A stretch of DNA of 64,000 nucleotides, taken from NCBI GenBank assembly GCA_963666325.1, contig OY762706.1, positions 22,656 to 86,655 of the forward strand, given 5' to 3'. The position numbers were made by a program, and so were the translations under genes. Below the pieces are notes generated by a model that did not search any database, was not told the origin of the DNA, and saw only the letters and a list, made by a program, of their open reading frames with translations. Position 1 is the stretch's first letter; every line of letters starts with the position of its first letter. This document shows, piece by piece, positions 1-7,616 of the stretch. The DNA comes from Pseudomonadales bacterium. GTDB lineage: Bacteria > Pseudomonadota > Gammaproteobacteria > Pseudomonadales > Pseudohongiellaceae.

Positions 1-78
1 GTGGTGGTTACCGGCCAAAACGATGCGCCCAGCCTAGCCGAGATTGTTTCGGGTAGAGTAGAAAGCATTTTCATGTAA
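1..78 (+). CDS. 3' end of an unidentified CDS entering from upstream of the window
   Basis: Frame +1 is open from the window edge to TAA at 76-78 (..VVVTGQNDAPSLAEIVSGRVESIFM*). No recognisable motif. Confidence 0.3.
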   Translation: MVVTGQNDAPSLAEIVSGRVESIFM

Positions 79-115
79 ACAGGCTACTCAAGATTGCCTC
101 GGAGACAATTGACAA

Positions 116-571
116 ATGAGAAAAACGGAAACCGCTTCATACAGTTTTGCCGCCATTGATTTTGAAACTGCGAATTATGATCGTGACAGTGCTTGCGCCA
201 TCGGGGTGGCAATTGTGCGGGAGGGACGCATGGAGGCTCTGGAAAGGCGATTGATTCGCCCGCCATCACAGGAGTTCCATTTTACTCATATTCACGGTCT
301 TACCTGGAATGATGTGCGGAGTGCACCTCTATTTCCTCAAGTATGGGAAGACATTTTCCCCGCGTTCTCAGATGTGGATTTCCTTGTGGCCCATAACGCT
401 CCATTTGACCGTAGTGTGCTCAATGCGTGTTGCGATGGTCATCGTATACGCCGACCCAGGCAGAAGTTCGAATGTACAGTTAAAGTGGCTCGATCCGTTT
501 TTGGAATTTTTCCGACCAAGCTCTCCGATGTATGTCAAGAATTGAAGATACCACTCAGCTTCTCCCGCTAA
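116..571 (+). pseudogene. DnaQ/RNase T-type 3'-5' exonuclease, 5' fragment (gene split by IS insertion)
   Basis: DEDD ExoI (AIDFETAN) and ExoII (VAHNAPFDRSVL) motifs. Homology stops after ..QELKIPL at ~556, where the IS inverted repeat begins. The ExoIII motif lies 3.6 kb downstream. Confidence 0.85.
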
Positions 572-731
572 CGGAGCTGACGATTGCCTGACGCCGGGGA
601 GAGCCGCTCATCGGGCCGGTGGGAGATGTCGCGGCGCGGCAACTCCTTCCGCGCTTTGCCGGATGCCGATTTCGGCTACCCTGTGCCGCCCCGAAGAACC
701 GGCTTTTCATGCAACCGGCCGCGGCGAACTC

Positions 732-1241
732 TCATGAGGTGTCGAGCAACTCCGGCTCGCGGGGACGGACGCCGAAGGCAATGGCGCCGTATAGCGTCTC
801 CCAGTCGCGCGGGATATGGGTGGTGAACAAGCTTCCCACCTTTTGCCGGAAGTACAGGGGCCGTTCCGCCCGGGCCTGCGCCGCCTGGAACAGCCGGCAG
901 ATTCTCCGCTGCGCCTGGTCGATCAGAAAGGCCAGCATCATCAGATGCGCGAACACCGTCGCCAGATGGTTGTCGCCGTGACCATAGTTGTGCTCAAAGC
1001 CGTAGCCTTGGTTCTTCAGGGTATTGAAAGTCTCGTTCTCGATGCGCCAGCGGGCGCGGCCCGCCCGCATCGGCGCCTCGGCGTTCGTCTCGGTGATCCG
1101 AAGGTCCGTGACCCAGGAAAAGCGCTGTTCCTTTTTGCCCGGACGGGTCTCCCAACATTCCAGGAAATTCACCTCCAGGCCGAAGTGCGCATCGTTCAGC
1201 GGCGCGCCGTTGAGATAGCGGTAGCGGCGCGACACCCCGTC
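732..1241 (-). pseudogene. DDE transposase of the outer IS, C-terminal half
   Basis: Sequence ..GVSRRYRYLNGAPLN..RARWRIENETFNTLKNQGYGFEHNYGHG..LMMLAFLIDQ is typical of the C-terminal region of IS4-like DDE transposases. It is separated from its N-terminal half by the IS21 element. Confidence 0.75.
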
Positions 1242-1298
1242 TGTCAGTACCGAAGTAATACTCCCCAAAAGCGCCGATTGAAAATTCCCCAGTTTGCG

Positions 1299-1332
1299 CT
1301 GTCGCCACCGCCCCCGGGGGCGGTGGCGACAG
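1299..1332. repeat. Perfect 34-nt GC-rich palindrome inside the IS21 left end
   Basis: CTGTCGCCACCGCCCCC/GGGGGCGGTGGCGACAG, located between the left terminal repeats and the istA start. Confidence 0.9.
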
Positions 1333-1380
1333 CGCGGAATTCGTTGCTTCATGTTCCCTGGATTGCCGGGGAGCGCACCC

Positions 1381-2613
1381 ATGATCAAACTGCGGGAGAT
1401 TGTCATGATTCACGAACTCAAGAACCAGGGCCTGGGCGTATCGGAGATAGCCCGGCGCACCGGTCTGGACCGAAAGACCGTACGCAAGTATCTCCGGGAA
1501 GGACTGCAATCCGCTCAGTACGGTCCGCGGCGGCCAAGACCGGGCCTGCTGGATCCCTTCAAGCATTACCTGCGCGAACGGATTGCCGCTTATCCGGGAT
1601 TGTCCGGAAGCCGTCTTTGGCGGGAGATTGCCGAGTTGGGCTATGCCGGGGGCTACACCGCCGTGACCGACTTCCTGCGCGAAGCGCGGCCGCCGGCGCG
1701 GACCGCCTTCGAATGTCGTTTCGAGACGCCGCCCGGCAAGCAGGCCCAGGTCGACTTCAGTCAGTTCAAGGTGATCTTCGACGAGGAGCCGGGCCGCATT
1801 CGCGCCGTCAGCCTGTTCTCCATGGTCCTGGCTCACAGCCGCTGGCTTTGGGGACGCTTCTGCACCAGCCAGAACCTGCAAACCGTGCTTCGCTGCCACA
1901 TCGCCGCCTTCGCGGCCATCGGCGGCGCGCCGGCCGAGATACTTTACGACCGCATGAAGACCGCGGTCATCGGAGAAACGCCCGACGGCGTCGTGAACTA
2001 CAATCCGGCGCTCGTGGACCTGCTGCGCCACTACGGCGCGTCCCCGCGCGCCTGCAGGCCTTATCGCGCCAAAACCAAGGGCAAGGTCGAGCGCCCGTTC
2101 CGCTATGTACGGCAGGACTTCTTCCTCGCCCGCCGGTTCCGTAACCTCGACGATCTCAACCGACAGTTCGCCGAGTGGCGCGACAACCTGGCCAACGCCC
2201 GCAAACACGCCACCACGCAACGCATCGTCAGTGTGGCCCATGCCGAGGAACAGGCGCATCTGATTCCATTGCCCGCCGCGCCTTACGACGCGCCGTTGGC
2301 CATTGAGCGCCGCGTCAGCCATGACGGCATGGTCTCCGTCGGCGGCAATCTCTACAGCGTACCGGACGCCACCCGCAAGCGCACCCTGGAAGTCCAGATC
2401 CACGCCGGCCAGCTGCGTGTCCTCGAGGACAGCGACCTGATCGCCGTGCATCCCGTGCTCGAAGGCAAGAACCAGCGCCGGCTCGATCCCAGCCATCGCA
2501 CCGCCCGGACCCTGCCCCGAACCGCCGTCAGACAAACACCGGTCGCGCGGCGCCCACTCGACTTCTACGCCAACGTCGCACAGCGCCTGGCGACGCCAGG
2601 AGCAGGCTCATGA
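1381..2613 (+). CDS. istA: IS21-family transposase IstA
   Basis: MIKLREIVMIHELKNQGLGVSEIARRTGLDRKTVRKYL is the N-terminal HTH, followed by a DDE integrase core. The ORF-track frame 1294-2613 was trimmed to the ATG at 1381. Confidence 0.9.
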   Translation: MIKLREIVMIHELKNQGLGVSEIARRTGLDRKTVRKYLREGLQSAQYGPRRPRPGLLDPFKHYLRERIAAYPGLSGSRLWREIAELGYAGGYTAVTDFLREARPPARTAFECRFETPPGKQAQVDFSQFKVIFDEEPGRIRAVSLFSMVLAHSRWLWGRFCTSQNLQTVLRCHIAAFAAIGGAPAEILYDRMKTAVIGETPDGVVNYNPALVDLLRHYGASPRACRPYRAKTKGKVERPFRYVRQDFFLARRFRNLDDLNRQFAEWRDNLANARKHATTQRIVSVAHAEEQAHLIPLPAAPYDAPLAIERRVSHDGMVSVGGNLYSVPDATRKRTLEVQIHAGQLRVLEDSDLIAVHPVLEGKNQRRLDPSHRTARTLPRTAVRQTPVARRPLDFYANVAQRLATPGAGS

Positions 2614-3446
2614 CCGTGCTCATCGACCGTATCCATCAAAACCTCGTCGGGCTGAAGATGCCGCGCGCCATCGAGGCCCTGCAAGACATCGTCCGGCGCA
2701 TCGAATGCGGGGAAATCGGTACGCTCGACGCCATCGACACCCTGCTCGCAGAGGAACTTACCTTCCGCGAGAGCCGCCGTATCGGCGTCGCCTTGACCAC
2801 CGCCCGGCTCAACCCGCCCAAAACCATCGAGAGCTTCGACTTCGCCTTCCAGCCGTCCCTCGACAAGAACCGCGTCCTCGCGCTCGAACAACTCGACTTC
2901 ATCCAGCGCGCCGAGGTCGTACACTTCCTCGGACCGCCCGGCACCGGCAAAAGCCATCTCGCCACCGCCCTCGGCGTCGCCGCCGTCAAGGCCGGCAAAA
3001 GCGTCTATCGCGCCACGCTCGCCGAACTCATCCAGGCGCTCGCCAAGGCACAACGCGAGGACCGCCTCGCCGACAAAATACGCCTCTACGCCCGCTCCGC
3101 TTTGTTGATCGTCGACGAGATCGGCTATCTCACCATCGACAGCAACGGAGCGAACCTGTTCTTCCAACTCGTCAACGCCCGGTACGAAAAAGGCGCCATG
3201 ATCCTTACTTCCAACCGCGGGTTCGCCGAATGGGGTGAACTCTTTGGCGACCCCGTGGTCGCCACGGCGCTGCTAGACCGACTCTTGCATCACGCCGTCG
3301 TCGTGCAGATCGAAGGCGCAAGCTATCGGATGCGGCAGCACGCCGACCTCGTACCCGAGCACGCCCGGACCAATGCTCCGATCACGCCGCCGCCACCTCC
3401 CAAAAAACGGGGACGACCGCGCAGAAAACAAGACATCGGAGACTGA
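2610..3446 (+). CDS. istB: IS21-family helper ATPase IstB
   Basis: Walker A GPPGTGKSH and Walker B LLIVDEIGY. The start overlaps the istA stop (ATGA at 2610-2613). Confidence 0.92.
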   Translation: MTVLIDRIHQNLVGLKMPRAIEALQDIVRRIECGEIGTLDAIDTLLAEELTFRESRRIGVALTTARLNPPKTIESFDFAFQPSLDKNRVLALEQLDFIQRAEVVHFLGPPGTGKSHLATALGVAAVKAGKSVYRATLAELIQALAKAQREDRLADKIRLYARSALLIVDEIGYLTIDSNGANLFFQLVNARYEKGAMILTSNRGFAEWGELFGDPVVATALLDRLLHHAVVVQIEGASYRMRQHADLVPEHARTNAPITPPPPPKKRGRPRRKQDIGD

Positions 3447-3498
3447 AACTCAGGAAAAAAACAGAATGAAACTGGGGAATTTTACTTCGGCATTGACA

Positions 3499-4150
3499 CC
3501 CGTCGGCGTCCACCGCCTCGAAGGTCCGCGTCCCCGGCGCGGCCTCCACTCACGCGAACAGATGCTTGTGGTCCCCCGGCTTCACGCCCAGCACGAATCG
3601 CATGTCCAGCGATTGCAGCAGGCGGATGTGCGGGCCGTTCGACGCCAGCGCGTCCTCCACCACCAGCAGCTTCAGATGCGGATGCTCCCGCCGGACATGG
3701 GTCAGCAATCGCTTGGCCGCGTTGCGCTCGCAGTCGTTCTTCCGCTCTCCGTCCGCGCGCGCGATCGGCTCCGGCGCCAGCGGAAACACCTCCCGGTGCG
3801 CCGGATGCACCAGCACCGCCCCCAGCATCTGGTGATAATACGTCACCCGCCCGTCCCGGCGGCGCTTCTCGCAGCACCGCTTGCAGCGCACCCGCGAAGA
3901 GGAAAAATAGCCCGTGCCGTCCACCGACAGCAGATAATGGTCCAGCCAGGTGAACCCCTCCAGCCCCTTGCCCCGCTGCAACACCGCGAACAACCGCTTG
4001 AACGCGCCCCGCAGCACCGAGGGCTCCACCTCGTCCAGCCACTCCCGCAGCGCCGTGTCGCACGGCGCGTCCCCATGACCGTTTATCCGAATCCAGCACG
4101 AAAAGTTTACGAAAACCTTTTTTACGGCAATCGCAAACCGTTGATTTCAT
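3499..4150 (-). pseudogene. DDE transposase of the outer IS, N-terminal half (in-frame stop and frameshift)
   Basis: Sequence ..LREWLDEVEPSVLRGAFKRLF..LLSVDGTGYFSS..CEKRRRDGRVTYYHQMLGAVLVHP.. is present. There is an in-frame TGA at 3550-3552 (..HLFA*VEAAPG..). The ATG at 4150 (MKSTVCDCRKKGF..) lies in a different frame from the core, so there is a frameshift or deletion near 4030-4090. Confidence 0.7.
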
Positions 4151-4179
4151 TGATATCTGATTTTCAGCGGGAATCGCTG

Positions 4180-4282
4180 GATACCACTTGACCACCACGA
4201 AGCCGGATCCGATGCACGAGCTAGTGCGAGAATCCTTTTAGCTGCGGTGGAACGCGGCTGGCGCCCTTCTGCTATTCGATAA
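4180..4282 (+). pseudogene. DnaQ/RNase T-type exonuclease, 3' fragment
   Basis: After the 9-bp TSD copy the frame reads (L)DHHEAGSDARASARILLAAVERGWRPSAIR*, which is the ExoIII H-x4-D motif. It joins in frame to ..KIPL at 554-556 once 556-4188 is removed. Confidence 0.8.
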
Positions 4283-4355
4283 AATCCATTGGAATACTTC
4301 GCAAGAAACTTTCGCGCGGCGCGTGGATGCCCCGTGGTTAGTGTCCCGTGGTTAG

Positions 4356-4384
4356 TTGACATGAAATTAGTCTAGACAGATAAT
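4356..4384 (+). promoter_or_regulatory. Near-consensus sigma70 promoter upstream of vapBC-1
   Basis: TTGACA (4356-4361), 17-bp spacer, GATAAT (4379-4384). It is preceded by two 12-bp direct repeats CCCGTGGTTAGT (4331-4342 and 4345-4356). Confidence 0.55.
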
Positions 4385-4400
4385 CTAGCTAGTTTATGGG

Positions 4401-4664
4401 GTGGTGATCATGATCGAGTGGCCCTTGCAAGATGCCAAAAACAAGTTCAGCGCCGTAGTCGAGGCGGCTCTGGCAGGTACGCCGCAGCAGGTGACGCGGC
4501 GCGGAAAACCGGCTGTTGTGGTGCTTTCCACGATCGAGTATGAGCGGCTTCGCCGGATGGAAAAGGCTGCGGCGCCCGGTCTGGCCGGATTGCTGTTGGA
4601 AATGCCACAGGGCAGCGAGGATTTCGCGCGACTGAAGATTGCCCCGAGAAAAGTCGAATTCTGA
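4401..4664 (+). CDS. vapB: Phd/YefM-type antitoxin (VapB)
   Basis: WPLQDAKNKFSAVVEAALAGTPQQVTRRGKPAVVVLS is a Phd/YefM signature. An alternative ATG is at 4410. The stop overlaps the toxin start. Confidence 0.85.
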   Translation: MVIMIEWPLQDAKNKFSAVVEAALAGTPQQVTRRGKPAVVVLSTIEYERLRRMEKAAAPGLAGLLLEMPQGSEDFARLKIAPRKVEF

Positions 4665-5068
4665 TGTATCTTATCGACACCGATGTGCTTTCCGCCTTGC
4701 GCAGGAAAGATCGATTCCCTCGAGTCGTCAAGTGGTTGGCAATTCAGCGCACTGCCGATCTGTATATCAGTGTCGTCACCATTGGTGAAATTGAGAAAGG
4801 CATTGCGCTACAGCGGCAATCCGACCCGGAATTCGCTCTCAGACTCGCAAAGTGGCTGGACAGCCTGATCGAGTTGTACGGCGATCATATTCTCGGGGTC
4901 GATATGGCGGTAGCCCGGCGCTGGGGCGAACTCTCTGCCCGGATCGGCAACCAAAGCGCCGATCTGCTGCTGGCCGCCACGGCGCTTGAGCATGGACTCG
5001 CGGTCGTGACGCGGAATACGCGCCACTTCAAGTCAACGGGCGTTGAGTTAATCGACCCCTCTGCATAA
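4664..5068 (+). CDS. vapC: PIN-domain toxin VapC
   Basis: MYLIDTDVLS.. supplies the first acidic residue, and ..AATALEHGLAVVTRNTRHF.. is present. 134 aa. ATGA overlap with vapB. Confidence 0.9.
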   Translation: MYLIDTDVLSALRRKDRFPRVVKWLAIQRTADLYISVVTIGEIEKGIALQRQSDPEFALRLAKWLDSLIELYGDHILGVDMAVARRWGELSARIGNQSADLLLAATALEHGLAVVTRNTRHFKSTGVELIDPSA

Positions 5069-5154
5069 TCGCAAATTTCCCGGCTGGCATGGACCGAAAG
5101 CGGACAAGTCGCTATGCTGCCGGTTTTTCAGGCTGGACCGAGGAAAAGGGAGTC

Positions 5155-5931
5155 ATGAATCTCAAGGCATCGAGCGTCGGCATATTGCTGTTGACGCTAC
5201 TTGCGCTATCACCGCTTGCCCGGCCCCAGGCAGTGGGCGATCACCAATACACTTCAGAGGCCATCGAACTCGGGTCGCGAACCTATACCAGTCAATGCGC
5301 CTTGTGCCATGGGCCCCAGGGCGCACTGGTGGACGGCATCGACCTGCGGCTCGGCATCTTTCGCGGCGTAGCCTCGGACGAGGACCTGCGCAGGGTCATT
5401 GCCGACGGCTCCGGCGAGGGGCAGATGCCGGCCTTTGACTTTGGCGCCGACGAGATGGAGGGCATCGTTGCCTACATCCGCGCGGGTTTCGACCCGGAAG
5501 GAGTCGCCGTGCGAATTGGTGACCCGACTCGCGGCGAGGCACTGTTCTTCGGACGCGGCGGCTGTTCCGGCTGTCATCGCGTGAACGGCCAAGGGCCGCG
5601 CACGGCGCCGGATCTCAGCGACATCGGCGCCATTCGCACGCCGTCGGTGCTGCAACTCAACCTGCTCGACCCGGCCGCGGCCCTGATGCCGATCAACCGG
5701 CCGGTGCGGCTCGTCACTCTGAATGAGGAGGTCGTTACCGGCCGCCGCCTCAACGAGGACACCCACACGGTGCAAGTGCTCGATTCTTCCGAGCGCCTGC
5801 GCTCTTTTGCCAAGATCGACCTGAGCAGCTTCGAGATCAGCCGCGAGCCCAGCAAGCCGCCGGTGGACATGAACGAGGAGGGAGTGGCCGATCTGGTGGC
5901 TTTCCTGCTGACCCTGCGAGGTGCGCAATGA
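5155..5931 (+). CDS. Di-haem c-type cytochrome (periplasmic)
   Basis: Signal peptide MNLKASSVGILLLTLLALSPLARPQA. Two CxxCH motifs (CALCH, CSGCH). RBS aggaaaaggga upstream of the ATG at 5155. The stop overlaps the start of the downstream PQQ dehydrogenase. Confidence 0.85.
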   Translation: MNLKASSVGILLLTLLALSPLARPQAVGDHQYTSEAIELGSRTYTSQCALCHGPQGALVDGIDLRLGIFRGVASDEDLRRVIADGSGEGQMPAFDFGADEMEGIVAYIRAGFDPEGVAVRIGDPTRGEALFFGRGGCSGCHRVNGQGPRTAPDLSDIGAIRTPSVLQLNLLDPAAALMPINRPVRLVTLNEEVVTGRRLNEDTHTVQVLDSSERLRSFAKIDLSSFEISREPSKPPVDMNEEGVADLVAFLLTLRGAQ

Positions 5932-7571
5932 AAAGATACGCATGGACGATATTGCCGGCGCTGCTCGCGGCGCCGGTTCACGCCCAGATTCCCTACGAGC
6001 GGATTCTCCAGGCCGAGGACGAGCCGGAAAGCTGGCTGACCTATAACGGCAGCTACATGAGCCAGCGCTACAGCCGGCTGACGCAGATCGACCAGGAAAA
6101 TGTCGGCGACCTGGAACTGCGCTGGTTGTTGCAGAACCAGGTCTTCGGCGCCTGGCAGTCCACGCCCATCGTCGCCGACGGCGTCATGTACCTTACCGAA
6201 CGCCCGAACAGCATCATGGCGGTGGACCCGATAACCGGCCGCGTATTCTGGAAATACGTTCACACCCCCGCGGAAAATTCCCTGGTCTGCTGCGGCGCCA
6301 ACAACCGCGGCGTGGCAGTGCTCGACGACCGGATCTTCATGGGCACGCTCGACGCGCGCCTCGTGGCGGTCGACCGCGTCAACGGCGAGTTGCTTTGGGA
6401 CGTGGAAGTCGGCGACGTGAACCTGGCGTACTCGGTAACCATGGCGCCGCTGGCAGTGAAGGACAAGATCATTGTCGGAGTAGGCGGCGGTGAATTCGGC
6501 ATTCGCGGATACGTCGCCGCGTTTTACGCCGAGACCGGCGAACTTGCCTGGAAGACCTATACCATTCCCGGCCCCGGCGAGCCCGGCCATGAAACCTGGG
6601 AAGACGACGACTGGCAATACGGCGGCGCCCCGGTATGGATCACCGGCTCGTTCGACCCGGAAGAAAACCTGACCTATTGGGGCGTGGGCAATCCCGGCCC
6701 TGACTGGAACGCGGCCCAGCGGCCCGGCGACAATCTCTATTCGGATTCTGTCATTGCTCTCGATGCAGACACCGGCGAGTTGCGCTGGTATTTCCAGTTC
6801 ACGCCCAATGACGGCTACGACTACGACGCCGTGCAGGTGCCGGTGCTGGCGGACATGGAATGGCAGGGCGAGCAACGCAAGTTGATGCTCTGGGCGAACC
6901 GCAACGGCTATTTCTACGTACTCGACCGCACCGACGGCGAATTTCTGCTCGGCAACCCTTTTGTACGCGTAAATTGGTCGAGCGGCCTCGACGAAAACGG
7001 CCGGCCCATCCCGACGCCGCAGCCGGAAGGCATGCCGACCTGGCCCGGCAATCAGGGCGGCACCAACTGGTATCCGCCTTCCTGGAGCCCGCGCACGGAA
7101 TTATTCTATTTCAGCGCCTGGGAAGACTATGCGACGATCTACGAGGCGGAAGAGTCGGAATACGTACCCGGGCGGGCCTTTCTCGGCGGCGGTTTCGACG
7201 TGCTCACGCCGGCGCCGGGCGCTCCCGGAGTCGGCATCGGCCGCACCAATCCGATCAACAACTGGACCGACGAGGTAGGACACGCCTCGCTGAAGGCGCT
7301 CGACCCGCGCACCGGCGAGGAAGTCTGGGAATTCGAGCAATTCGACGTCAGCGACAGCGGCATGTTGACCACCGCCACCGACCTGCTCTTCACCGGCGGG
7401 CGCGAAGGCTATATCCACGCCCTCGACGCGGCCAGCGGGGAATTGCTCTGGAACCGGAACCTCGGCGGCCAGATCGTAATGCCACCGATCACCTTCATGA
7501 TCGACGGCGTACAATACCTCAGCTTCATTTCCGGCCATGTACTGGCGACCTTCGCCCTTGGGGATGATTAA
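5928..7571 (+). CDS. PQQ-dependent alcohol (methanol/ethanol-family) dehydrogenase
   Basis: Signal peptide present. WLTYNGSYMSQRYS..WQSTPIVADGVMYL propeller motifs. Vicinal Cys-Cys (LVCCGANNRG, nt 6288-6293). Active-site YDYDAV at nt 6816-6833. Confidence 0.9.
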   Translation: MKRYAWTILPALLAAPVHAQIPYERILQAEDEPESWLTYNGSYMSQRYSRLTQIDQENVGDLELRWLLQNQVFGAWQSTPIVADGVMYLTERPNSIMAVDPITGRVFWKYVHTPAENSLVCCGANNRGVAVLDDRIFMGTLDARLVAVDRVNGELLWDVEVGDVNLAYSVTMAPLAVKDKIIVGVGGGEFGIRGYVAAFYAETGELAWKTYTIPGPGEPGHETWEDDDWQYGGAPVWITGSFDPEENLTYWGVGNPGPDWNAAQRPGDNLYSDSVIALDADTGELRWYFQFTPNDGYDYDAVQVPVLADMEWQGEQRKLMLWANRNGYFYVLDRTDGEFLLGNPFVRVNWSSGLDENGRPIPTPQPEGMPTWPGNQGGTNWYPPSWSPRTELFYFSAWEDYATIYEAEESEYVPGRAFLGGGFDVLTPAPGAPGVGIGRTNPINNWTDEVGHASLKALDPRTGEEVWEFEQFDVSDSGMLTTATDLLFTGGREGYIHALDAASGELLWNRNLGGQIVMPPITFMIDGVQYLSFISGHVLATFALGDD

Positions 7572-7616
7572 GACCGGAAAATATGGGAATATCACGCGGA
7601 TTCTGGAGGACATCTC

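Larger units (their letters stand above)
1242..3498 (+). mobile_element. IS21-family insertion sequence (apparently intact)
   Basis: Ends are TGTCAGTACCGAAGTAATACTCCCCA (1242-) and rc TGTCAATGCCGAAGTAAAATTCCCCAGTTT (-3498). An internal repeat AAAATTCCCCAGTTT sits at 1281-1295. The 6-bp TSD CCCGTC is at 1236-1241 and 3499-3504. istA and istB overlap at ATGA. Confidence 0.9.
556..4179 (-). mobile_element. IS4-superfamily-type insertion sequence (degenerate), carrying a nested IS21-family element
   Basis: Terminal IRs are CAGCTTCTCCCGCT (556-569) and CAGCGATTCCCGCT (rc of 4166-4179). They are flanked by a 9-bp direct repeat GATACCACT (547-555 and 4180-4188). A DDE transposase lies on the minus strand. 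Confidence 0.8.

Noticed and set aside
816-2535. Long ORFs antisense to or out of frame with real genes (e.g. 816-2144 +, 994-2535 -, 7863-9728 -, 18894-20651 +, 44382-45455 -, 58703-60016 +, 62898-63974 -).
   Set aside because: Their translations are Arg/Ala/Gly/Pro-rich low-complexity sequence, typical of shadow frames in ~60% GC DNA. Each overlaps a gene with strong family motifs on the other frame or strand.
4147-4362. 71-aa minus-strand ORF that superficially resembles an XRE-type HTH next to vapBC.
   Set aside because: The plus strand over the same bases encodes the in-frame ExoIII-motif tail of the IS-disrupted exonuclease (4180-4282). That explains the open frame better.
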